The notes under the pieces were generated by a model that saw only the letters and a program-made list of their open reading frames with translations, was not told the origin of the DNA and did no database searches. The translations under genes were made by a program, and so were the position numbers. A stretch of 62,682 bases of DNA, filler included, from Globobulimina sp. (taxonomy: Eukaryota), in assembly GCA_003354225.1 (NCBI GenBank). It is 22 parts of 22 records of this genome, joined end to end, with 100 filler letters (N's around TTAATTAATTAA, not from the genome) between each part and the next. Parts side by side here need not be neighbours in the genome. Positions count along the whole stretch, not along the records: positions 8,566 to 11,320 come from PIVH01005042.1; positions 11,421 to 14,175 come from PIVH01005043.1; positions 14,276 to 17,030 come from PIVH01005044.1; positions 17,131 to 19,885 come from PIVH01005045.1; positions 19,986 to 22,739 come from PIVH01005046.1; 17 more parts are not named here. One strand, given 5' to 3'. Numbering within the stretch: the first letter of the stretch is position 1; the number at the start of each line of letters is the position of its first letter. Below, in pieces: positions 9,471-20,057 of the stretch.

Positions 9471-10846
9471 TCAATCAATGCCAATTAAGTCTTCATCTAA
9501 TATCCGAATAGAAATGATATCATCGCCTCTTATAAATACAAACTTCCCCAAAGACCTATCCTTATCAACAAATATTGGCTTCGTTTTTGAAAAACATATT
9601 TGTGTTTTCCAATATTCTCTCACATTCAACATAATCATATTCCAATGGCGATCAAATATTTTTATTTTACCAATCACTTTTTTACAGTCATTCTGTGTCA
9701 TTCTCATAATTAACATTACATTTTTCCTTTCATTCACCATATATTTTAATCGAGACAGTGGTCCAATATTTGGATTATCCGTTATTTCCATTCTTTGTTG
9801 AAATTCAATCTCATGGATATTCGTTGCAATCTCTTTATATGTTCGCGTCACTGATAATAACTTATTTTTTCTATGATAACCTTTCAAAGCGGATCGAATC
9901 ACATTTTCTTTCAATATTTTGATAATTTCTTCATTACTTTGAAAACATTCATATTTATTCAGTTCCAAATCTCTAAAATAATCCATCCAATTATAATATT
10001 TATAATCTCTTTTACTTAATATGTCCCTCACTGCATTCATTAACAGTTTCTTCTGTCCATCCGTCGGTTTCCCCCATTTCTTATTATAATCCTTTAATAT
10101 TTGCATTAACTTTTTATTTTTTGGTCTGGCAATGTTTTGAATAAACCAATGTTGAAATAGTATCAAGCGGCGACCAGTTTGGCTGGCTTTAAACACAGTT
10201 TCTAATCTTTCTTCATCTGAAAATATTTTGGTTCCATCCTTTGCAATATTTGCATCCATATTTTCTAAGCCAGGGTATCTTTGTAAATACCATTTAACGG
10301 AGCGATCCAATGATTCATTAATGAATGCTTTGCCAATATTTGCATTCCAATCGATTTGTGTCTCATATAATTCATCATCAACAATGGCCAAATTGATCAG
10401 AAATTTACCTAAATCTGGCGTATATTTTTTGTGTCTTTTCCTATAATTTTCAATGAAATCATTTACTTTTTTATATCAATTTGATTATTATCAATATCAA
10501 TATCACCCATTAATTGCACCACAAACTGGTTCATCAATGTACTAATCGCAGTCAATCCGATTTCTTCTGTAAATGTTTGCGTTTTGCATAACATACTCAG
10601 TCGATTTAATAGTTCATGTTTACATTTTTTAGCATGTTTTTCATTTATAATCAATGGTAGGAAATGTGTCAAAGGTTCTGACCAGGCACCTTCGCGAACT
10701 TTATATTCATTCCAGGCAGTCAATGATAGCAAATCCATCTCAGTTTTAGCTGAACATATCCAGGTCGATGCACATTGACTCATCGATCTTATATTATTAT
10801 TGTTATTTTCTTGATGTTTAACATAGAGACCAATCCCTAATATATC
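9471..10846 (-). CDS. Eukaryotic protein: uncharacterised domain (DILGIG..VR...EP..HFLPL..H; RHK..PDLG.FL; LILFQ.WF) + C-terminal SmD2-like domain; frame break near 10465
   Basis: The C-terminus GPLSRL..V......V.I....KKVIGKIKIFDRHWNMIMLNVREYW...DKDR.LGK..IRGD matches Sm-D2. The segment is AT-rich like the other host genes. Confidence 0.65.
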
Positions 10847-11314
10847 ATCGTTATAGGAATCACCCGCGGCAATGCATCGGAAATTCAGGTTATGAAAGGC
10901 CTTAATAGACTCTCGCTTAGGGTCTTTCTGCCGCAACACATACTGAGTAACCCGACCTGTTTCATCAGTCTCCAGGCGATGACAAAATAGGGTAGGAAAA
11001 CCCAGTTGACGCATCAAGGGCTGAGAAAACTCATAAAACGTATCGGATAAAATCACTAACTGGAAACGCTCTTTAAGCCACTCAACAAATTCGACAGCCC
11101 CATCCAAGGGCTTTAATGTCGCAATAACCTCTTGGATATCAGGTAACTTGAGGTTATTTTCATCCAATATACGCAGTCTCTGCTTCATCAACACATCGTA
11201 ATCGGGAATATCACGGGTTGTTGCCTTCAGTGCTTCTATGCCAGTTTTTTCAGCAAACGCAATCCAAATTTCAGGAATCAACACACCTTCAAGATCTAGA
11301 CAGGCAAGTTCCAT
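10847..11314 (-). CDS. thrH: Bacterial phosphoserine phosphatase/homoserine phosphotransferase ThrH, first ~156 codons only
   Basis: MELACLDLEGVLIPEIWIAFAEKTGIEALKATTRDIPDYDVLMKQRL...ILSDTFYEFSQPLMRQLGFPTLFCHRL...RQKDPK..IAAGDSYND is a proteobacterial ThrH sequence. It is visibly more GC-rich than the joined DNA and has no introns. Confidence 0.93.
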
Positions 11315-11420
11315 GGAGCANNNNNNNNNNNNNNNNNNNNNNNNNNNNNNNNNNNNNNNNNNNNTTAATTAATTAANNNNNNNNNNNNNNNNNNNNNNNN
11401 NNNNNNNNNNNNNNNNNNNN

Positions 11421-12864
11421 ACACCAACCGGCACCGACACCCACAGGTGCTGATACGCATGTTATCGACATGGCATTAACGCATATTTCGGATACACACC
11501 AACCGGCACCGACACCGACACCCACAGGACCGCCACCGAATACAAAAAAGAGCGAACCACCGCCACCGAATACAAAAAGGAGCGAACCACCGCCACCGCC
11601 TATAATTACACACAATATTCATGGTTATTCTACGGACGATGGGAATGCAAACTCCGACACCTCCAATTCCACACCACCGCCATCGCAGAGTGATAAATCT
11701 AATATTTATGGTGATTCTACAGACGATGAGGACGATGAGAAAGCTGGTGACCATCTGGATTCTGATTATCAAATGGTTTCCAGTCATTCGGCGCATAAAC
11801 AGATTCAGAGGAAAAACGGTGATGCGGACTCGCGTGGCCAGAATCAACATCGTAAAACGGGCTCGTGTGGCCAGAATGATCATAACCGCGCAGATCAACA
11901 TCGTAAAACGGAGTCGCGTGACCAGAATGATCGTAATTACAAGGATATTAATGGCAATTACAAGTCATCAGGTTTTTACGATGAAAATAATGATAATGAT
12001 GATAATAATTTGGCTCATAGGCCACAAATTCAGATGGATAATGATGATAATAATGGTAATTATATTAATAAACAGGCTCATAGGCAACAAAACATGCCAT
12101 TCGACGGTGGTTACGACGGTGGTTACGACTCTGACGGCAGAGGTTATAACGGCAGAGGTAACGACTCTGACGGCAGAGGTCCGTTCGATATAGGAGGTGG
12201 TGGAAACGGCAGAGGGTGTGGTTATAACGGTTATGCCAGAGGTGGTGGTGGAAACGGTAGAGGGTGTGGTTATAACGGCAGAGGTGGCGGTAGAGGTTAT
12301 AACGGCAGAGGTGGCGGTAGAGGTTATAACGGTTATGGCAGAGGTGGCGGTAGAGGTTATAACGGTTATGGCAGAGGGTATGGTTATAACGGTAGAGGGT
12401 GTGAATTTGTACTAATACCCGAATTTGGAAACAGGGTATTTACTGGGTTGCTTAAGGGTGTACGTGATAAGTTGACGAAGGCGTTAAATGGGTTTTGTAT
12501 GGTGGACGAAAATTTTGTAAATGGCGGGGAAGAGTATTTCTCGCATGGTAAAAGCATCCGGTTTTTTTATGATTTAAATGCCTGTTATCACTGTGATGGA
12601 TGCAAAAGCGATGCGTTATTTTTTTTTCAGATTGCGGACGGAATGCAGGTCAAGTTTAAGAAAATGCGGAACGTCACCTTCACGAGAGGCAATGGTAGAG
12701 TCGAGGCGGTAGATCTACAATTGGTGGGCCCGGGTGGCAAATTAATAAAATTTAAACGATTTTGGTCTTGCTGCTGTAGGGATTTTGAATTTGTGGCTGA
12801 TGCGCCTGATGCGCCTGATTCAAGCGATGATGAGGATGATGAGGATGAAGAGGAGGATCAATGA
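11421..12864 (+). CDS. Low-complexity protein (Pro-rich, D/N-rich, GRGYNG/RGG repeats, small Cys-containing globular C-terminal region, acidic tail)
   Basis: 464-aa ORF with internal nucleotide repeats and no recognised domain. Confidence 0.55.
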
Positions 12865-13424
12865 TTGTTTTAGGATAAATAGGGCTTTTTTTTTTATTTT
12901 ATTTTCGTTTTTAAATAACTATGTATGGTGTTGTTTTAGTCGTAATGACACGCGTTTTACGGTTTTTTCCACCACCACCATTATATTACGGTTTTTACGG
13001 TTTTTTTTAATTTTAATTTTTGTTTTAATTTTCATTTGCTATGACGCGCTTTATTGAAAGGGGTTGCAATGACGCGCTTTTTTTTTTTGTTTTTTTATAA
13101 TTTTCAATATTAATTTTAAATTTATTTTCATTTCTCGAAAACAGAAAAAATAGGCAATATAAAATCAGCAATACAATATATTGTAGAATTTGTTGACCTT
13201 ACATTGTAGAATTTGTGGATGCTGTATTCCCAATACTGCATTCCCTATTTTTTTTACGCTTATATTTCCTATTTTGTTTGCAATTATCTTGCCACTCTCT
13301 ATACTGCCTATATTATATTGTGTGTAATTAAAAATATATTGCCTCAATAAACAAACAAACAAAAAATGTAAATCCACCAAAGAAAAGAAAAGTTATTGCA
13401 AAGCCTAAAAATGCAATAGAAACC

Positions 13425-14175
13425 ATGCTAAGAAAATATAATTGTTTAATTTTTAAAAGATTAATAAAAAAACAAATTAGTAAAGATATAATTATTGAAT
13501 TTATATGTAATATAAAACAATGGGATTCAAAATCAATTATTTCAATGGATTTAAATAAATTTGTCGATGAAATCTCAGCACATTTAAAAAATTCAAACAT
13601 TAAAAATGAATTAAAATTATTATATGAACGTATATGTGATAGAATTAAACGTAAACATCCAAATTTAGATATTTTAATGGATATTGAAGAAAATAAAAAT
13701 AAAAAACGAACATATAGTGAAATGAATGAAGATAAAAAAATTGAAGACAGCAAAAAAAAAGCGAGGATAGATAATAATAAAAATAAAAAAAGAACATACA
13801 GTACAATGGCAGAAGATATAAATATGGATAGTGACGACTCTACAAATAAACCGGCTAAAAAAACAAAAATAATCAGTAAATTAACTAGACAGCAGAGATA
13901 TAACCGTACACCTAAAGGTAAAGCTAGAAAAAAAAAATATGCTGCGTCTAAAAAAGGTAAAGAAAGTAAAACTAAATACGCCGCTTCAGGAAAAGGTAAA
14001 AAAAGCAAAAAACAATATGCAGCCACTAAAAAAGGAAAAGAAAGTAAAACTAAATACGCCTCATCAGAAAAAGGTAAAAAAATAAGCGAAAAAACCAAAA
14101 AAAAATAGGCCGCTTCAGAAAAACGTAACAAAAGCAAAAAACACTATGCGGCCACTAAAAAAGGAAAAGAAAGTA
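13425..14175 (+). CDS. Lys-rich protein with 13-aa (39-nt) KYAASxKGKxSKx repeats; premature TAG at 14106-14108
   Basis: At least six repeat units. The register continues past the stop (AAA TAG GCC GCT TCA GAA AAA) to the contig end. Confidence 0.5.
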
Positions 14176-14275
14176 NNNNNNNNNNNNNNNNNNNNNNNNN
14201 NNNNNNNNNNNNNNNNNNNTTAATTAATTAANNNNNNNNNNNNNNNNNNNNNNNNNNNNNNNNNNNNNNNNNNNN

Positions 14276-14404
14276 CATCTATAATTCAGTCAAAGCCAAT
14301 CAGTGGATTGAAGGAATGCATCTATAATTCAGTCAAAGCCAATCAGTGGATTGAACGAATGCATCTATAATTCAGTCAAAGCCAATCAATGGATTGAACG
14401 AATG
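14276..14404. repeat. Tandem repeat, 3 x 43 bp, truncated by the contig end
   Basis: Unit CATCTATAATTCAGTCAAAGCCAATCAGTGGATTGAA(G/C)GAATG starts at 14276, 14319 and 14362. Confidence 0.95.
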
Positions 14405-14719
14405 CATGACAATAAATGGATTGAAGTCAGAGCAGAAATAATTTAGCCAAAACAAATCAATGCATTTAAATTATCTATCAAGAGCAGAAATAATACAATT
14501 TCAACTTACTTGTTTTACTTTTGCTGGTGGTTTGGCTACTACTTTCGTCTTCGCATTTTCCTACAAACATAATTTTTTATTATTTATTAACTTGCAAGTT
14601 GATTTAAAAAAGACTATAATATGGGGTGGGGCGCATTTTTTTAAATTTTAACTGATCTTAAAATGAAAAGGGAGAAAGGATGTATTTTAAATCATAAAAA
14701 TAAAAATAATTATATACCT

Positions 14720-16834
14720 TAACATGAACACTCAGTAAGTCCTCATCCGATGTTTCATTTTGATCATCAGCTGGTGCGTACGAACACAACCTTATATCAT
14801 CATCTTCATCGGCAGAAGTGTCTTGCTCAACTATCCTTTTTCCACTTTTGTGGATCTATAATGATAAAAAAATTTAACTAAATTATGGCGCTTTTCCAGA
14901 TATAAAAAGTTATAATATTACCCTTCTTTTTTCATCAACATAGGAACAATGTTCAATATACTCCTCGTCTAATTCTAGAACATCGTGTTGATGATTTGCT
15001 TTGGTTTGTACCGTTAAACCACCACTTGGTGTTAATCCACCCCCAATCGAGAGACATTGCTGCACATTCTCTAACAAAAGCTCGACTTCTTCTTCATTAG
15101 GCTTCACTATCCAGGCTTGATTTTTTGTCTTTCTTTCCATCCACTTAGCCCCGAATTTCTTTGTTTCCTTGTCACAGTTAACGGTAACCTATAAATTATA
15201 TAAATAAATGAGTGAAGCCAGGATGATTCAAATTAATTTACATTTCCCAATTCCATTTACCCCCATTCTGGTTCCTACGCCCTGAACTCTGGCTTCGGGG
15301 TTGAGGGTTTTCGGTGTTTAACCTGCCCGAATATCTTTTTTTTGCAATACCAAAATATCTTTTTGGGGGGAAACCGGAATTGAGGGAAACCAGAACTGGG
15401 GGAAAACGGCAAATGGAAAACCCTCAACCGTAGAAGGCTAAGCCTAAGCCCGAACAGCATCCGAAGCCTATGCAACGTCTAAAGTGAAATAGAGTGTTTC
15501 CTCTGTCTCTCCGAACATCTGTTTTTGCAATACCAAAATATTTTTTGGTAAATTGCATGGTTTCAATACTTCTTTTTGGGAGGTATCAATTCCACAAAAA
15601 AATGTACGTGCTTACCTGTGCTACCCAAGGACGTTTTGATGGACGCCATGAATGGTCATCATTATTTCTGTAATAATCCACACAATCTTCAAGAAATGGC
15701 TTAACAATTACAACTTTTTCAGTTGTAACATGGCATGGTAAGATAGTTTCTTGAAACGCTCTTGCAAGATTATCACCTGTGTTCAAAACCTAAAACTAAC
15801 ATTAATTATACAACTTTAAAAAAATAAATATTCATCATTATTACTACAAACTTAAAGCTACATTATATCGACCATTCTTTGTGTAGAAGCTAAATTTGAT
15901 TCAGTTTATATGACACTGTAAATCTTCATTGTACTTACTGGTTGGATTACTTTATCACGCAATTCGTGTGTTTTGGAAACATATTCTGGTTCTGGTTCAG
16001 GTTCAAATGACATATCACCCGCTTCAATCATTGTTTTTATTTTCTGCTGTTCTGCCATAATCACATCAACTGGCCAGTCTTTCCAATCACAAACAACATG
16101 TCCTACAATTGTCAAAAATCAAACTCATTTTTTCCATTCAATTCAACTCCCTAAGCATCTGAGCATAATAAGCAACCACACATCCTTAATCCATCCCTAT
16201 TCATGTACAATGTTATGTAATGTCCTTACCTTTTATTTTATCAGCTTTCTTACGACTACTCCATAGTCGTTCTCTTTGGGCCTGATCATCAAAGTATTTG
16301 TCCCAAATTTCACTCTCTTCTGGTGTAAATAACCCTAATTGGCCCATCGATTGCACTGTCGTTTTTACAAGGTCCAGTTTCATCCCCTTAATATCTGGGA
16401 CAATCATTACAGGCTTTCCAGTGGGGAATGACGACTTAAATATAGGCTTGATGTCTTCTGACCAATTATCCCGAGCCCACAGACGATATCGTAAGCCAAC
16501 CTAAACTTTTAATTGTTATCATGTAATAAACAGACTACCTATAATGTTTTACTTTATTTCCAATCTCATGATACTTGGCAATCAAGAATCCATGGTAAGG
16601 AGCAAGAAATCGTAGACCAAGCATATGTGGTTTTAACCATTGCTTAATTGCCCAAACTTCATCAAGCAAGAAGGCTTCGGGGTTAGGAGTTTCATGACAA
16701 AACTCTCTACTTTTGTCAGTATATGAGGTTTGGATATTCCACAACAATTTGTCAATCGTTTGGCAACCATTCTTACGAAAAGCGATAGCGAATCTACTGA
16801 AGATCCGGTCCTGATCAAGATGGGTGTGGCCTTT
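14720..16834 (-). mobile_element. Intron-containing transposase-like gene (GHTH-motif, DUF7869/Sola-like), 3' portion
   Basis: The exon starting at 16834 reads KGHTHLDQDRIFSRFAIAFRKNGCQTIDKLLWNIQTSY..LDEVWAIKQWLKP..YHGFLI, spliced (~16501-16552) to VGLRYRLW. Further exons follow at ~16213-16500, 15906-16115, 15615-15790 and 14910-15189. Confidence 0.62.
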
Positions 16835-17436
16835 CTAAAAGGAAATATATTCTTACTAGCGCGTGCGCAGGCGCTCCGCGCCCGTCGCACTTGCCTCCAT
16901 AACGAAGATCGCACGCTCGCACCTCGGGGCCTGTGCCAAAGCAGGCCTGCGCCATAACTAGCCTGTGATTAATGCATACCACGCCCCATACGCCCAGCGC
17001 CCCCCTATGCTACAACACAGGGGGGAAAGGNNNNNNNNNNNNNNNNNNNNNNNNNNNNNNNNNNNNNNNNNNNNTTAATTAATTAANNNNNNNNNNNNNN
17101 NNNNNNNNNNNNNNNNNNNNNNNNNNNNNNTGATTGGAAAATAATAATTACATTATACATCGGAGATTATGTATATTAAATTAAAACATCTGGTTATTCT
17201 CTGCGGAAAAATATTTATTTAATGTAATGGATATTTGTTTATTTTAATTGTCGCTTAAATTCCGGTTTTATTGTTGACATTAATGAGTAAATACAGCCCA
17301 ACACCACCTATTGAATACAAATATTTTTCCGCACAGACTTTAAATAAATATTTTTCCATTAATATTGAGATCTAATTTCTACAAATTATGGTATACACAA
17401 ATTAATTTCTACAAATAGCGTAATTATCATTGAATT

Positions 17437-18276
17437 ATGAAGTTTGCCGCATACAAAACACAAATAATGAACATGATTCTACTTAGATACTCGCTGTTAA
17501 TTGCTTTGATTGGCTGTCTGCTGTATTTTTTAGCTCCATTGTACTACGAACGGGAGCAATGTACAAGGAAATGTCGTTGGGAAAATTCCAAACATAATGT
17601 CCAAGATTCTGAACTCGAATGTGATATTCAAAACATATTTGGACAGATTGACTTTTGGAATCCTACTCTATGCAAATGTGACTGTTCTGATATCAGCAAC
17701 ACAGATTCGAACATTCCCGTGGCGAACACTGAGCGATTAAACCAATGGTCTGACTGGAAATGGCATTACGACAACAACAAAGTGTGCAAATCCAACGATA
17801 CTGACGAAATATTGCACTGTGGGCAATGTGGAAAGTGCTCCAATACCAACGACATCGCAGTATATGATGAATTGAAATTTTATCTGGTGACAGTATCGAG
17901 GAACTGTGCTCTGTTATCATTAATTCCGCCGACCAGCGTTGGGAAGTATTTGTCAACGCAATGTTTTGATTATGTCACTGGATTTACAACCGATTGCGTG
18001 GATTGCTGGGTGGATAACTTTATGTGCACAGTGACGCATTGCACGGATGTGTGCGTAAAGGAGCTGGTCTTTGGCGTGGATTGGAACCAGGGAGACGAGC
18101 AGGATCAGGGCAAGTTGTCGCCGTGTTTGGCCTGCGATGAGTTCAACTGCGGTCCGCAATTCATTGACTGTGCGGGAGTTAATAGGAGAGCTGCTGGGCT
18201 GCCTAGTGATATCAACAGAAACGACGAACAAGTTTGCAAAAAGACAAAGTTGTATGAAAAGTATAAGTCTTTTTAA
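17437..18276 (+). CDS. Secreted or membrane-anchored cysteine-rich protein
   Basis: N-terminal hydrophobic segment. Motifs HCGQCGKCSN, CVDCWVDN..CT..C...C and CLACDEFNCGPQFIDCAGVNRR..SDINR. Confidence 0.75.
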   Translation: MKFAAYKTQIMNMILLRYSLLIALIGCLLYFLAPLYYEREQCTRKCRWENSKHNVQDSELECDIQNIFGQIDFWNPTLCKCDCSDISNTDSNIPVANTERLNQWSDWKWHYDNNKVCKSNDTDEILHCGQCGKCSNTNDIAVYDELKFYLVTVSRNCALLSLIPPTSVGKYLSTQCFDYVTGFTTDCVDCWVDNFMCTVTHCTDVCVKELVFGVDWNQGDEQDQGKLSPCLACDEFNCGPQFIDCAGVNRRAAGLPSDINRNDEQVCKKTKLYEKYKSF

Positions 18277-18445
18277 TTGAGGTGGTTTTTTTGTTCCTTT
18301 TTGTTTTGTGGACTTTATTAATTATTATTTTTGGGATTTTGTTTAAATTAATATTTCAATCAATTATTTTAGAATACTCTGACTTGTTTGAAACACACTG
18401 TTTTTAAAATCCGCAAATTGTTTACACGATGGCCGTGGAAAGAAA

Positions 18446-19012
18446 TTATACATCAAACTCAAAAGTAGCATCAACATTAATTTTTGTATATTTCGCCAAT
18501 GCAGGTTCTAATTTGTTCCACCATTTCCTCAAAATATACATTAGAATTATTTCAAAAATAATAGCAAATTTATTGTCTCTCAGACTTGCCACGTGTTTCA
18601 ATACATCGACATATCCGCACATCCGATGAAGGCCGAATAACTCAAAAATATTCGAGAAATCTGTTCCAATGAGAAATGCAATTATTCTCAACAAAATCCA
18701 ATCCCATAAATCAATAATGACACTGAATCCGATGCCGTAAATATAAAAGTTTTGTGGTACATTTGGTGAATGGAATAAAAATGACAGTTTTAACACATAA
18801 AACGAGGCAAATAAAACAAGGATGGACCAAATGATATAAAATGGATCATTCCATCCCTCCTCAAAACTCGGATGATACGTCAGTTTGTCACACACATCCA
18901 AAGGAATATGAGCTGCAAAACAAAGTAAATATGTTATTTGTTTCCTCACTCTTTTCTTAAAACACAACAATGTGATAATATTTGCAACCATGAAATGGAT
19001 AATCCAATTCAT
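18446..19012 (-). CDS. Multi-pass membrane protein, possibly metal-dependent hydrolase-like (YdjM-like)
   Basis: Hydrophobic helices with an N-terminal His (IIHF), AAHIPLD and a later DLWD/LH. Confidence 0.5.
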   Translation of the reverse strand: MNWIIHFMVANIITLLCFKKRVRKQITYLLCFAAHIPLDVCDKLTYHPSFEEGWNDPFYIIWSILVLFASFYVLKLSFLFHSPNVPQNFYIYGIGFSVIIDLWDWILLRIIAFLIGTDFSNIFELFGLHRMCGYVDVLKHVASLRDNKFAIIFEIILMYILRKWWNKLEPALAKYTKINVDATFEFDV

Positions 19013-19222
19013 AGTTCATGCATACACTCTAATATTTGTTCGATTCGTGAACCATAATTCACTAAGAATTGGATTATGAGTATAAGAATTCACTAATAAT
19101 ATAAAACCATAATTATGAGTATGTGCACTAAAAACCATGACTCACTAATAATATAGAACCATATATATAATCCAAATAAGTGCGTTTATATAATATATCG
19201 TCAGGAATATCATCCTAAAATT

Positions 19223-19744
19223 TTGGAATTATCATCATGTGCTTCAGTTGAAAACTCAATATACACAGAACATATAATGGCAAACTCAAGTAAAAATGCC
19301 GATATGAAGCACTCATTACGAAGGACACAGCAAATGATAAGGGATGCCATCCAACAAACAAGTGATGTTGACAGTCACATGCTGACTCAAACAGAAAACT
19401 TAGAACAGATATTAGGAATACATAAATTAATTGATGTTGAAACAAAAAAAGGCAAAGGCATTATCAAAACATTAAAATCACGAGCATTTTGGGATAAACA
19501 TTTGTATAAATTAGTGTTTATAATATATTTAATTGTGGTCTTCTACATAATCACCAAACATGTCAGCCATTTTTTTTATCGGATTTATGATTGGATATGT
19601 TGGACATTATCATTTGGTTTGTTTTGGATGCCTGGATTCAATTATATTTGCTCTGGTTACTGTTCATCACCAAACGACAATATCAATTATGACAATATGA
19701 ATATGACTGACTTCGATGAGCTTCAATTTAAGCCTGAACTGTGA
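19223..19744 (+). CDS. SEC20: Sec20-like ER SNARE (upstream exons uncertain)
   Basis: SLRRTQQMI...QTENL....KKGKGIIKTLKSRAFWDK followed by a TM helix (LVFIIYLIVVFYII). Confidence 0.6.
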   Translation: MELSSCASVENSIYTEHIMANSSKNADMKHSLRRTQQMIRDAIQQTSDVDSHMLTQTENLEQILGIHKLIDVETKKGKGIIKTLKSRAFWDKHLYKLVFIIYLIVVFYIITKHVSHFFYRIYDWICWTLSFGLFWMPGFNYICSGYCSSPNDNINYDNMNMTDFDELQFKPEL

Positions 19745-20057
19745 TGGCAAATTATCACGTTTTAGCGTGTCTTGTGTGCAAGGATTAGAATTGCTTTTTT
19801 ACAGTGATCAATTAAGTACAAAATATATACGTTCGCGCGTTTTTGAACTGACATTTTCCGCATCACAAACGTAAAAATATTAAAANNNNNNNNNNNNNNN
19901 NNNNNNNNNNNNNNNNNNNNNNNNNNNNNTTAATTAATTAANNNNNNNNNNNNNNNNNNNNNNNNNNNNNNNNNNNNNNNNNNNNGTATACATGGGGAGG
20001 GGGATGGTTGGGGATGGTTATCTTTTTAATACTTTTTATAAAAGATAGTAGTAGGAC

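Noticed and set aside
14106-14108. Alternative genetic code (TAG reassignment)
   Set aside because: Conserved genes in the window translate without in-frame TAG/TAA, so a single mutated codon is the simpler explanation.
14276-14404. 43-bp repeats as a CRISPR array
   Set aside because: The units are contiguous with no unique spacers, there are no cas genes, and the context is eukaryotic.
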